This document shows positions 52,370 to 64,000 of a stretch of DNA of 64,000 bases, piece by piece (position 1 is the first letter of the stretch; every line of letters starts with the position of its first letter). The notes below the pieces were generated by a model. It saw only the letters and a list, made by a program, of their open reading frames with translations. It had not been told where the DNA came from and made no database searches. A program made the position numbers and the translations under genes. The stretch covers positions 496,001-560,000 of the forward strand of contig MU054338.1 of assembly GCA_013239625.1 (NCBI GenBank). Direction: 5' to 3'. This stretch comes from Lama guanicoe (lineage: Eukaryota).

Positions 52370-53010
52370 CATCCAGGAGAAATGACACTATACTCCCACG
52401 CAAACACTTGTACAGCATTACAAAGTCAAAAGGTGAAAACAACTCAAAAGCCTGTCAGTAGATAAAGTGATAAACACAACGTAGCCTATTTATATGATGG
52501 AATATTATTCACCCATCAAAAGGGTGAGGCCCTGACACATGCTACAAGCTGGATAAACCTATCATGAAAACATGATACTCATCAAGAGAAGCCAGACGCA
52601 AAAGGCCCCATTGTGAGTGACTCCATTTGTGTGAAACGTCCAGAACAGGCAAATCCAGAGACAGGTTGCCAGGGACTTGAGAAGTGGATGGAGAGGAGTG
52701 ACTGGTAGTGGAGCTGAGGGTTTCTTTTTGGGGTGCTGAATGAAATGAGCAAGAAACAGAAAGCCAAGTAGTGTCTGATCCACTCATATGAGGTCCCTGG
52801 AAGAGTCAAATCCATAGCAACGAAGTAGGATGGTGGATGTCGGGCTGGGGGAGGTGGGTGGGAGTGACTGCAGATGGGGATAGGGTTTCTTTTTGAGACG
52901 ATAAAAATGTTCTGGAATTAGATGGTGTTGATGGTCACACAACATTATAAATATTCTAAACATCACTTAATTGTACACCTTGGTTAAAATGGTGAATTTT
53001 ATCTCAAAAA
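52370..53010 (+). mobile_element. L1MB-like 3' fragments (continuation of 51750-51852)
   Basis: GATGGAATATTATTCA, GAGAAGCCAGACGCAAAAGGCC, AAAATGTTCTGGAATTAGAT...TTAAAATGGTGAATTTTAT. Confidence 0.75.
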
Positions 53011-54594
53011 AAGTTTTTTTTTCTCAAGAAGAAATCAGGCCCCAGGCAGCTCTGTCCAGGCGCCTCCTCTTGGATCTGAAAGATGTTCTGGAGAGTCTTC
53101 TGGCTGGTGGGCAACTCAGCTCCCTCTCTGGGGGACCCAGGCACCCTGGCCACCACAGAGGAGCCTCCCTGGAGCCTTGAGACTTCCCCAAGATTCCATT
53201 GCCTCACCTCAGAGTGGGGAAAGTGGGGGAAAAGCTGTGAAACCGCAGGCACAAATCCCTACCAGAGCCAGTGGGACCAGCAAGGGCAGCTCTGGGCCCA
53301 CGGGCTTGGCCTCACTGCCTCTGCTCTGCTGTAACTGGCAGGCAGTCAGGAACCTGGTGAGGCCTTGCCCCATTAACCCTCGAGCCCCACGTCCTCACAC
53401 CCCTTGTGCTCCACGGGGGCGTCATCCTGAGCTGTTTTTCTGGAAACCCTGAAGTAAACAACCAGTTGGTGGCCATCTTTCTGACAAAGTTCCAGATCCC
53501 AGCTGAAGGGAACAGCTGGGTCTTCCCAAGGGCCACTCAGACTCCCTAGCGTGGCCTGACACCCAGTGTCGCCAGGGGGTGGAAATGAGGGGGGTTTCCT
53601 GAGAAGGGAGGAGGCCCAGCTGGGAAAATGGAGGCTCCTGGCCAGAACTCAGCAGCCTCTGGTGACCACTGAGGCTTGAAGCCTGGTTGTGCAAGATAGG
53701 AATATAGCAACCTGGCCGGGGACCCTGTCCTCTGCCCCCAAACTCCCCTGGGGCTGGGTCTTGGGAGTTCATCGGTTCCCCCAAATGAGTCCAGCCCGGA
53801 AAGTCCTGCCCCCAAGGCCTCTGTAGAAACGTTCATGGGAGGGTCCAAGAAAAGAACGAGAAGTTGACGGGCAGCACACAAAGCTGAAACCACCCTCCTG
53901 TCCAGCCTGCAGGTCAACCTCCGGCCATGGTTAGGGCCGGCTGTGGCATTCCATGACTCAGTTCCCGAGGATGGGGTGGGTCTTCTCTCTGGGCTGTGGC
54001 CAAGTGCCTGAGCCTTGAGTGGAAATGAGTCTGGAGCCAAGGCAGCCGGGAGCTCCATCCTCAACTGCGTGCACACGCAGTGGGAAGTGACAACAGATAC
54101 CTCTGGGCTCGCGTTTTCCTTTCTAAGCACACACCTGCGCGTCCTCGCGCGTCTTCTCTCGGGGGCGGGACCACAGAAGCCGAAGTGCCGGGTTAATCCG
54201 TAACTGGGTAACAGCTAACAGCCCCGCCAGGGCTCACGTGTCACTTACATAAGCAGCTAAGACGGCGGAATCCAAGGGAAATGACACTCGGCCCTGTGCT
54301 GATGGCTCACCCTGCGGCAGGCATGCCGCTGTCCGGGGCTGTCGCCGTAAGTGACCCCCAAGCCCTCGCAGCGACACCGCAGCCCAAGTGGAGAGACACC
54401 GACACCTACCGTGGTTTTATTTACATTAAAAAGAAAATTTCCAGTTCTCAATGAGCTGGGGTGAGATTTTTGAGAATTCCAACTCGCCCCACAAGTTTCC
54501 AGTACTGTTTCAAGTTGTCGGGCATCCCATAGCACCGCAGTCAACCACCCGGATAACTGTCCGCAACCCAGAGCCTGCATGGACGCGGTCACCC

Positions 54595-54800
54595 GCCCGT
54601 CGACGGGCATGCGCAGTCACCGATAGCGACAAAATCGCAAGCCGGCCCCAACCCCGCCCCCGTCAGTCCTTCATCCTGACCTCCCATTGGCTAGCGCTGG
54701 CACGAGTCTGCAGCGCCTGCGCAGCCGACCAATGGGATAGCCGGTGGGCGTGGCCAAGGGCGGGGAGGCAAGGCTCGCCGGCGCGCGTCCATTGGTCGGC
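54595..54800 (+). promoter_or_regulatory. GPX4 exon-1a promoter
   Basis: Three CCAAT/ATTGG boxes (54686-54690, 54729-54733, 54791-54795), GC boxes and NRF1-like GCATGCGCA (about 54607), within a CpG island. Confidence 0.75.
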
Positions 54801-54846
54801 TCGGCGAGGGGAGGAGCGCTGCCTTCCAGGCGCCCCTGCAGCCGCG

Positions 54847-56956
54847 ATGAGCTTCAGCCGCCTGTGCCGCCTCCTGAAGCCAGCGCTCCTCTGCGGGGCT
54901 CTGGCCGCACCTGGCTTGGCCAGCACCATGGTGAGCGGGGCGCCGCCGGCTGGCTGGCGGGCCGTTGGGCGGGCGCGCGGAGCTGCGGGGACCTTGGGCT
55001 GGCGGCGCTGGCTGGGGGCGCGCGAGCAGTACTCGGCCGCCCCCTCCGCGGCGGTCGGAGCGGTGGCTAGCGCGCGGGCCTGGGTTACTGAGTCTAGATC
55101 GGGGACTGGGGGCGGCTCCCGGGAGGCCGGGTTAGGGCTAGGCGGTCGGAACCCCCGGGTGGGCGCCCCTGACGCGCAGACGCTGCTGCTTCAGGGCAGC
55201 TGAGGGTGGCGTCGTCGGCCACTAGCGACCCGCCTGCTGCCGGGGGAGCGAGGGCGCCGGATGGCCGGAAAAGGCGGGATCACGCGCCTCGGGGTGTCAC
55301 TGCCCCTCCCCCGCCCTGCGCCTCCCGGGGCCCCGCTCGTTGGCGTCACAGAGCAGCGGCCCGGCGCCCTCGGCTCCTGGCTCTTTGTCCTCCTGGCGCG
55401 GCCCTCGGTGGGCACAGGAGCGGCCAGGAACGGGCGGGCATGGGCCGCGCAGCCGCCGGCTCCCCGGGTCGTCGCGGGCAGCGGCGCCGGTTGCCAGCCG
55501 GGCGGCGGCGCCGAGCCCCCCGGAGGCGGAGGGCTCGAGTGTGCAGGAGGGCGCGCCGCAGGCGGGAGAGGCCCGCGCCTGGGAACTCTGGGCAGGGGGA
55601 GCCTGTGGCCGGGGAGAGCTCCTGCGGCGCCGAGTCCCAGGACCCGGTGCGCGCGGGGTCTCCACACCCGCCTAGCAGGGTCCCAAGCCCTTCCCGGCTC
55701 TCAGTTATGTCTTGGGCCAAATGCGCCCTGTCCCGCCCCAGCTTTGAGGAGGAGCCGCCTCACTCTTTCCTTGCCCCGGTGCCCCAGTTGTCCTCCCTTT
55801 GGCAGCCCTGGCTGGGCGGGCTGAGCGAGTGGGCCAGGTGGACCCGGACCAGGGCCTGGCACCCCGGGCCCGCAGTCCGCTCAGCACGCCTTTCCGTTGC
55901 AGTGCGCGGCTCGCGACGACTGGCGCTGTGCTCACTCCATGCACGAATTCTCAGCCGAGGACATCGACGGTCACATGGTTCACCTGGACAAGTACCGGTG
56001 GGTGCTAGTCGGCCTGACGGGGGAGGCAGGCAGAGGCCTTGGCCCTGACCTGGCTCCTTCGTCCCACCTCCAGGGGCCACGTGTGCATCGTCACCAACGT
56101 GGCCTCGCAATGAGGCAAGACGGGCGTGAACTACACTCAGCTGGTCGATCTGCACGCGCGATATGCCGAGTGTGGTTTACGGATCCTCGCCTTCCCTTGC
56201 AACCAGTTCGGGAGGCAGGTGTGTGGCTCTGGGGGCCCCCATTCGTCCTGTGGGCGGAGGCGCGGGCGAGGGCCTGTCTTCTGGAGCAGGGGCCAGAGGG
56301 GTGCAGGCTCCTCCCACTCAGCCCCGCACCCTGTCCTGCCACAGGAGCCAGGGAGCAATGCTGAGATCAAAGAGTTCGCCGCAGGCTATAACGTCAAATT
56401 CGATTTGTTCAGCAAGATCTGTGTTAATGGGGACGATGCCCACCCGCTGTGGAAGTGGATGAAAGTTCAGCCCAAGGGGAAGGGCGTCCTGGGAAAGTGA
56501 GCAGGGGCAAGGGGAGAAGGGAGGGCAGGGTGGCGCCCCGGCGCAGTGGGGGTCTGCAGTTGCCGTGGGATTCCTCAGACACCACACTTCTTTTGTAGTG
56601 CCATCAAATGGAACTTCACCAAGGTAAGGGGGACTGGAGGCCTAGGGGGGCGACCCAGCCCCCAGCCACAACTGGGCCACTTCAAGGGTCCCCAGCTGTG
56701 ACCTAAGTGGGGTGGCGGTGGGGGCTGCTTGCTCGCCCCAGCCCTGCGGGCCTCCCGGTACTGACACCGCCTCTCTGGCAGTTCCTCATTGACAAGAACG
56801 GCTGCGTGGTGAAGCGGTATGGTCCCATGGAGGAGCCCCTGGTAGGTGCCTTTCGAGGGAGCCTGCTGCAGGGGGTGGGGAGGGGGCACGGGAAGAGGTG
56901 CCCTGACCCTTCCTCCCCTGCAGGTAATTGAGAAGGACCTGCCGTGCTACCTCTAG
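54847..56956 (+). CDS. GPX4: Phospholipid hydroperoxide glutathione peroxidase (selenoprotein); 197-aa mitochondrial form, cytosolic form from ATG 54928
   Basis: Exons 54847-54930, 55903-55997, 56074-56218, 56345-56496, 56599-56623, 56782-56841, 56924-56956 = 594 nt. In-frame TGA (Sec73) at 56111-56113 in NVASQUGKT; motifs LAFPCNQFG and IKWNFTKFLID. Confidence 0.98.
55440..55646 (+). CDS. GPX4: GPX4 alternative exon 1b (nuclear, sperm-nucleus isoform), 69 aa, Arg-rich
   Basis: [37 protein letters not shown]...AESQDP; phase-0 donor CCG|GTGCGC joins exon 2; CRE-like TGGCGTCA upstream at 55341-55348. Confidence 0.85.
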
Positions 56957-57013
56957 TTCCACAAGGTGCGCCCCTACCCGAGCCTGCTGCCCGTGCCCCT
57001 TGGAGCCTTCCAC

Positions 57014-57073
57014 CCGGCACCCGTGACGGTCTGCCCGAAAACCAGCCCTGGTGGGGCAGACCTGAGAACCCGG
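57014..57073 (+). promoter_or_regulatory. SECIS element (type II) of GPX4
   Basis: Helix I CCGG/CCGG; core GUGAC...UGAG; 9-bp helix II GGUCUGCCC/GGGCAGACC; unpaired AAA 57038-57040; apical mini-stem ACCA/UGGU. Confidence 0.93.
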
Positions 57074-57150
57074 CGTGCACCCCTGCCGGAGGAAGGCCCC
57101 TCGGCCCAGCTCGCAGCTCGGCAACCCCCCACCCCCAGCTGCTTTGTCAG

Positions 57151-57156
57151 AATAAA
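57151..57156 (+). terminator. GPX4 polyadenylation signal AATAAA
   Basis: Canonical hexamer just 3' of the SECIS. Confidence 0.85.
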
Positions 57157-58826
57157 ACATACAAACTGGCCTGCTGGGTGCTCCTACTTATGGTGGGGGT
57201 CTTTTGTCCCAGGCCCCTCCTGGCGCAGTGGCAGGTGTTGCCAGCTCCCCAGGCTGCGGGGGGTTGGGGAGGACGGATGTGGACGTCGGACTTCCCTCAG
57301 GGTTTAGAGGGCTGCACCCTGGGCTGCTAATCGCCTCAGCCCAGCCCAGAGGGCAGGCAGAGCTGATCCTGGGGAAGATAATAACGGCTCCTGATGGGCT
57401 GCTGCCCCCTCCACCAGGTCTCCTCCCATGTGCTGAGGCGGGAGGGTCAGGGGACCTAGGCAGTGAGGCCTTGCCTGCTGGAGGCCCGCTGCACCTGGGC
57501 TGGGCACCAAGCCAGCCTCACAGAATAGATGCGGAGTCAGGGCACCAGCCTTCTCACGCACCTCATCAGGCACAAGCTGTCCCCCAGGAGGGGCTGTGGG
57601 CACAGCCTCCTTGCCTGCCTGCAGCTTGAGGGAGCCATCCTGGAGAGTGTGGAAGGTGGCCCAGCTTGCTGCTGTCTTCCAGACGGGGCCCAGCTCCTGG
57701 GCTCTCCTGCCCCTGGGCTGCACAACCAATACCCTCGAGGAAGACCTGGAAGGGCGCCAAGGCAGAGGCTGCAGCCGTGAACACGGAGGTCTGAGGGACC
57801 GGACTCAACACCATCAAGAGGGTCCCAGGCAGGGTCCTGTCTCCAACTAGTGTCTGGGCCCAGACACCTCGGGCCTGGCACTGCCAGTTCAGAGGCAGCT
57901 GGCTGGCTGTTCCAGTGCCAGGACCACACAGTGGACAAACTGCCTCACGGGGTGGGGTGTCTCCCCTGGCCTGGCCCCAATCATCTGCCAGGCCACGCAG
58001 CCTTCAGGAGATGAACCAGCAGGGAGAGGCCAGCAGCCACCCCTGACCTCAGTCCCTGGGTCCCCCTAATCACCACACCTGGGAGGAACATGCAGTGGTA
58101 CCTGCAGGCCACAGGAACAGACAGCCTGGGAAGTAGTGAAAATGCACATATATTTAAAAAAGATCTCTTTACATATATACACTTGAATTCATTATAAATA
58201 CACATAGAAACCAGGGGGCCACCCACCAGCTCCACAGGAGTCCGGAACCTGGGAGAGGTGGCTGGGTAATAATTTAGGGAACAGAGAGCAGGGAGGGGGA
58301 GTTGCATATATTAATGGGGGGATCTGCCCCATGGAGCCCCCCTAGAGACAGTGGGGCCCTGAGCACCTGGGGTTTCCTGAGTTTCCAGCTCTTGGGGCCA
58401 CCCAGTTTTGTGGATTACAGGGGTTCAGGCCTGACTAGGCCCTGTAAGGTGGGTGGGGCAGGAGCCCCAACCCAGGCCTGGAGGGGGGCAGTAGAGGACC
58501 GAGGCACAGAGAGGGAGGAGGGCCCCCACCCCCAGGCCCTTCCTGGGCCTCTGGACCCGGAATCTCCTGAGTGGGACCTGCTTGCAGCCACTGCCCCACC
58601 AGGCAGGGCCTCAGAGGGGCCCCCAGGGCTGGCAGCATCTTGGGGGTCTGCCCAGGCATCGGCGGGAAGGCACTGCAGTGGGGGCCTTGGTGGGCTGGAT
58701 GAGGGCACCCTGGCCCCCAGTCCTCTCAGTAGTCGGCAGGGGAACCCAGCCTGATGGCCACCCGCTTCCTTGGTGTAGGCGTGGCATGTTCTTACAGTCC
58801 TGTCTGGGAAGGATGCCCGGCGGCGC

Positions 58827-61800
58827 CTAGGAGTTTGGGAATGGGGGGCTGAACTGGATGACGCTCTGCCGCTCAGGGCCCCCACCGCCTCCAGGAGCGC
58901 CCGGGGCCCCGGCACCAGCCCCCAGCGGGCCAGGGGGTTCGGCGGGTGGCACAGCGTTGAGGGAGCGCAGCATGTCCTCCAGCACCTCCTTGAAGTTGAT
59001 GTCACAGCCCTGGTGCAGGAGGGCTGCAGGGTCAGTCGGGGCCTCAGGGGCGTCCGGAGCGCCCAGCAGCAGGCCACCGGGGCCGGGGACTGGCGGCGGC
59101 GGTGGGAAGGTGAACGGCGAGGGCAGAGGGAAGGCCTGGGCGGGTGGGCTGTAGGTGAGGTCTAGGACCTCGCTGGGGCCGCAGGGCATTGCAAGCGGGC
59201 GCAGGGCGGCCGGTGGAGGGGGAAGCCCACGGCTGCGCGCCTGCTTGCGCTTCACGTCGGCGTCCATGAGCTGCAGCTCCTGCAGCACCCGGTGCACGCA
59301 GCCCTCGGGGATCTTGATGCCTGCAGGGCGCCAGGAGGTCAGGGCCTGCGGGGGGCCGACCTCCCCCACCCCGCCCGCGCCCACCGCTCACCAACTTGCT
59401 TCTTCTTGTCCTTGGTCTTGAGACGTACGATCTGCAGGTAGCTGCTGCTGGTGACGTCGGCCATGACGGCGGCGATGCGGCCCCACACGCGCAGCAGGGC
59501 CCCGCACAGCATGTAGTGGTGGCGCAGCCGCAGGCCCTGCGCGCAGTCCTTACCCTGCTGCGCCAGCCGGCAGTGCCGGTTCCTGCACAGGACAGGCTCG
59601 CTGCTGTGCCTGCCTTCCCAGCCCCGCCCACCCTGCTCCCACCCCTTGCCCCTCATCCGCAAGCCTCCAGGACCGCCCTGGCTCCTTCCACAGCAGCGCA
59701 CAGCCTCCCCCTCTCCAGTCCAGCCTGGGCCTCACCACGTGGTGTGGCTGCAGTGCGTCAGCGAGAAGGTGTAGCTGCTCTCCCAGTGCTCCCTGGCCTC
59801 CTCCGCTGTCACCTGTGGAGACAGGCAGTTGGGCCCCTGGACGGGTGTCCCCGGGCTCCACAGTGCCCCAGGCCTGCTCATCTTGCACCTGGTAGCCAGG
59901 GCAGCGGAGCATGGAAGCCGAAGGCGGCCTGGGGACAGCAGGAGGCCCGCCAGGGAGGAGCCACGGGGGAGGCTGGAACTACAGGGCCTAGGTGGGGGCA
60001 CGGCTGGGCCTACCCGGTGGAACTTCCGGCACAGGCTGTCGAACGTCTCCAGCTGGCTCTGCCGCCCGATGTTGGGCTTATACACGGTGAAGAGCTTGCC
60101 GCGGTTCTGCTGGGCCAGCAGGCAGCTGGGCTTGTTGTCACGGACCTGGGCAGGGGTGGGCGTCAGGGCGGGGGCACTACCCCACGTGCTGAGTGTTGGT
60201 CCCCAAGGTATGCGTGCCCAAGAGGGCCTGAGGCTGACTGCTGCCCTCGCCCCGCAGCCCACCAGCTGCTGGGGTCCTGCCCTTGGGGTACTGGGGGCTT
60301 GCTGGGGGTGCCCACCTTGTAGGAGAGGTAGAAGCCGTCGTGGGTGCCTGTCAGCTCCAGAGACCTGGCATACGCCTCCTCCCACTTCAGGCCGCGGTCC
60401 ACGCTGATCTGCAGGGCCCGTGGGCATTAGGGGGATGTGGGGGGCGGGGACGATGGGTGGGACGAGGNNNNNNNNNNNNNNNGGTGAGGGGCGGGACGGT
60501 GGGCGGGGATGTGTGGGGCGGGGATGATGGGTGGGGACATGGGGGGCGGGGACGACGGGCGGGACGAAGGGCCGGGGTGGTGTCTGATCACCTTGTAGAA
60601 GACCACCTGCCCGTCCTGTGGGTGCCCGGGGGCCAGGAACACCTGCTGGCTCTCCTCGTAGATCTCGTCGATGCCGGGAGCCAGGTCTGGAAGAGAGCGA
60701 GCAGGATGAGTGGGGCCCAGGCTCCCGCCTTGGGGAGGGGGGTCTAGCAGGGCGGGCCTGGCCTGGCCGCCGGTGCTCACCCAGGATGCCCATGTCATAT
60801 TTGCCCTCCTTCTTGTCCACCGCGATGAGGTGGTCGAAGGTGTCGGAGAAGTACTGGAACAGCGCGTTCTGCTTGTGCACTTCCAGCCCCAGGATACGGT
60901 TCAGGAACTTGGTGATGGAGCAGTCTGGTGGCGGGACGGAGCCTCAGGCTGCGGCTGAGCCCAGCCTCTCCCTGTCCACTGGACACGGAAGTTTGGGGGC
61001 GCCGCCCGCCCCAGGCTCTACTGGGGGCTCACCCTTCTCCACATCCAGGCAGCCGGACCTGGACTCGCGCCCTCCGATGCCAACCGACAGCAGCCCCTGC
61101 TTCATGTCTGCGGGGAGGGAGGGGGCCTCACACCTGCTTCCCTCCCGGCCCTCACCCCAGCCCACCAGGGATCCCCCTCACCACCAGTGTCCCCTTGGCA
61201 TGTGTGGGGAGGACCTTTTGACACCAATCCCAGTGGCCCAGATGGCACCCCTTGGGGAGACTGCAGGCACCCCAACTCACCGCGGAAGAAGGCGGCGTCC
61301 CCTCCCGGGTAGCCCTGGGGCAGCGGCACCTTGCTCTCGGTCTGGCTAAGGATGGTGGTGAGGACGCAGCTGAGGGCCCGGGCGCCGTACTGCGTGGAGG
61401 GGCGAGGGTCGTGTCAGAGGCTGGGCTGGGCACCCCGGGACCCTCCTCTCTCGGGCCCTACCTCCTTGGGTACCTTGTTCTCAAAGTTGTACTTGCTCAA
61501 GTCCCGGGACTCGGTGGCTCGGCGGTCTCCGTGGGTCAATGCCCCCTGCCCAGGATGGGAGAGGCTGTCACAGGTGGCCCACACTCCTCCCTGATCTGCC
61601 CTCCTCAGGGAGCCTCCCCCAGCCCCTGGCCCGCACACTCACCAGGCTCTCCAGCCGCTTGGCCACAATGGAGGCAAACCTGCGCTCCCCAGCTAGCTCT
61701 GAGATGAGGAAGATGTACTCGGGTGCAGAGACCTGGTTGGACCGGTGGGTCCTGCCTGGAGGCAGAGGAGACTTTTAGAGACCTTGGCAGGCCTGCAGGG

Positions 61801-63681
61801 TTGGGTGACCTGGGGCAGGGGTGGGGACAGGGCTAACCGAACTGCTGGATGGCGCGGTCAGCACTCCAGGGAAGCTCAAGCGTTATGTGGACCCGGCGCC
61901 GCTGGTTCTGGACCCGGCGGTCAGCTTGGAGGGAGACACCGGAGCTGGAGGCCTCTGAGATGATGGCCACGAGCTGGGGAGGCGTGGACACGGCCAGGTC
62001 ATCAGGGCAGACAGCCTGCTCCTCCGGCCCTGGGCCCAGGTCACTTGGATGCATTCAGGGTGACCCGCACAGGAAGTTCAGATACGCGTATCCGTAGAGG
62101 TGCCCGTGTGGGCTTAGAACAGAGTCTTGACCACCCCTGGAGGGTCTGCCTGCCTTGTGGACATCAGCTCCCATGGAGCAGCTCAGAGAAGCTGCGGGCA
62201 TGGGCGACTCGGACAGAAGGTGGGGCGGGCCAGGGAGGGCTTTGGTCCTCGAGCCAGCCCTCCAGGACCCCTGAACCTCCCCTGCCCACAGGGCCCTTGT
62301 GGGCTCCCCGCTCCTGGTCCAGGGGGTGCCCTGCAGACACAGCCCCACAGTTACCTCCCCCAGGGCCCCACCTTCTCGCCGTTCATGAACCGTTCCTTCT
62401 CCCTGAGGTTCACGTGGTCGATGGAGAGGCCCTGCTCTGCCCGTGACTCGAAGGCCACTGTCCCATCAGGCCTGGACACCACGCGGCCCTTCCTGCCGGT
62501 CATCTGTGGCCAGGGTGGGGCCAGGGACAGGCTGTCAGCTGGTGTGGCTGCCAGGGGCTGGTCCCCGCGTGTCTCGGTTTCCCCACCTGTGACCCTGGGG
62601 CACCTGGGTGTGTGTGGCGAGGGGCAGCAGACCCTGGGCCAGGACTCGCCTCTCCCCGGGCTTGGGGCCCACGGAGCAACTGACAGGGTTTTCACTTGTC
62701 TTCCTAAGTCTTTTCCCAGAACCCAGCTGCCTTGGGCCACAACAAACTTAAGGTGGCACCAGAAGGACGTCCTGAGAAACAGCAGACTAGCTCAGGTAGA
62801 AGGAAGCACAGGGGTGTTCTGGGGTCGGGGGACAGGCCTGGGCCCAAGAGTGCACCCAGAACACAGAGGATGTGTGGGGCAGGGGGACGAGGAGCTGGGC
62901 CAGAGGGCGGGGGGGGGGCGGCAGTGGCTAAGAGAAGAGAGCCCTCCAGCAGCAGCCCTGGCCAGTGAGCAGGACACTTGGACGCTGGGCCCTGTGGCCA
63001 CCCTCACCTCTCCAAGACAGCCACCAGGGGGCACCAAAGCTCACCTCTGCCACCCTCTCTGGGCCCCCCAGCTGGTCAATGAGCTCGTCCAGGGTGTTGA
63101 CAGGCAGCTCCCGACCCAGCGCCCGCACCTTGGCCAGCAGGTCCTGCTTCAGCCGCTCAACCCGCTCCAGGACGCCAGGGCCATGCAGGTCTCGCTGTGG
63201 GAGGCACAGCGGGCCTGTGGGGCCAGAGGGTCAGAAATGACCAGCCAGGCCACCTGCTCACAGCCATACTTGCAGGGAGACGCAGTCCTGGGCCGTGGAG
63301 GATGAGGGGGTCCCTCGGGAGTGGGGGTAAGCCAGGTACCCAGGAGGTGTGGGGGTCCAGAACCTCCTTAACCCCAGGCTGTCAGCATGAACCCGGCTTT
63401 GCCCCTGCCCAGCCATGCGCCCTGACTCCCCTGAGACTCAGCACCCCGACTTGAGAAACGGGGAAATGGAGGGCAGCCACAAGCCTCACCGCGGTCATCA
63501 ACTGGAAGCCCGATGGTGTCCACGATGACCACGTCGTCATCCATCAGGGACTCGGGGGAGGAGTGGAAGTCGCTGTCCAGGCCGCCGTCCGACTCCGTGC
63601 TGCTGTCATCACTGATCCGGATCACGCCTGCCACCTCGCACGCCAGCCTGGGTGCCTTGGCTCCGCGGCCCCGTGGCCGCC
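58827..63681 (-). CDS. SBNO2: Protein strawberry notch homolog 2, last 15 coding exons (5' part lies beyond the window)
   Basis: Exons (minus) 63681-63490, 63214-63045, 62503-62372, 61973-61838, 61755-61643, 61545-61474, 61389-61281, 61107-61033, 60924-60781, 60686-60592, 60408-60316, 60145-60014, 59812-59736, 59582-59392, 59320-58827; phases consistent. Motifs [47 protein letters not shown]; ends [13 protein letters not shown]. Confidence 0.96.
60431..60578. repeat. G-rich degenerate minisatellite containing a 15-N assembly gap (60468-60482) in an SBNO2 intron
   Basis: Repeating GGGGATGTGGGGGGCGGGGACGATGGGTGGGAC-like units on both sides of the Ns. Confidence 0.85.
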
Positions 63682-64000
63682 CTGCAGGAAAGCAGGCAGG
63701 GGTCACTGTGGTCCAGCCCTGCGTCTCTGTCCAGGGGACCTGGCCTGGAGGGACTCCCAGCAGCCTGGGGACAGGCCAGTGTGTGGGGAATGGTCAGGGT
63801 TCAGGGCCCAAGCCCCTAGCTCCATCCAGCTTTGGCAGGTCTGGGTCCTGCTGTTGGCTAGGGCGCAGGGTAAAGGGGCAGTTTTAACATCCCCGACAGA
63901 CTTCCTGACACACTGGTGTGTCCTCGGGCCGCACCTAGGGAGGGCACATGCCCAAACTCATGAGGCGGCCCTGGGCAGGTCAGCCCGAGGACATGCTCAG

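Noticed and set aside
53950-53962. NRF2 antioxidant response element upstream of GPX4
   Set aside because: ATGACTCAGT is only an AP-1 site; it lacks the GC of TGACnnnGC.
54451-54846. 132-codon in-frame N-terminal extension of mitochondrial GPX4 (ORF 54451-55203)
   Set aside because: It runs through the CCAAT/GC-box promoter, so it lies upstream of the likely TSS; stop-free stretches are expected in CpG islands.
56111-56113. In-frame TGA in GPX4 exon 3 as a nonsense or pseudogene lesion
   Set aside because: It is the catalytic selenocysteine codon (NVASQUG), and a SECIS is present in the 3' UTR.
62127-63305. 392-aa plus-strand ORF (also 59396-60322, 60618-61349)
   Set aside because: Antisense to SBNO2 exons and introns in very GC-rich DNA, with low-complexity G/P/R translation and no recognisable domain.

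Overview
This is GC-rich mammalian genomic DNA, not prokaryotic. It is a gene-dense block with the same gene order as human 19p13.3: CNN2(+), ABCA7(+), ARHGAP45/HMHA1(+), POLR2E(-), GPX4(+) and the 3' half of SBNO2(-). Three tRNA-derived SINE copies with an AAATAAACCTAATTA-type tail resemble the camelid vic-1 family, so a camelid source is likely (inference). I traced all coding exons by hand through splice sites and reading phase. CNN2 (309 aa), ARHGAP45 (1139 aa), POLR2E (210 aa), GPX4 (197 aa including Sec) and 15 SBNO2 exons splice into clean frames. I found no wholly new gene system. The points most worth checking are: (1) as assembled, ABCA7 has a frameshift at the start of its penultimate exon, substitutions in both ABC signature motifs and an apparently shifted splice donor, so either lineage-specific decay or an assembly error beside a C15 run; (2) the GPX4 SECIS has a non-canonical GUGA core; (3) ARHGAP45 has two extra in-phase first exons and a NAGNAG acceptor inside the HA-1 peptide; (4) POLR2E has a U12 minor intron; (5) repeat oddities, including an L2-tail-like tandem array, two unexpectedly similar old L1 copies 41 kb apart and a solo ERV LTR between POLR2E and GPX4. 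Comparisons with human or mouse orthologs are from memory and need alignment. Most entries in the supplied ORF track are GC-rich artefacts.
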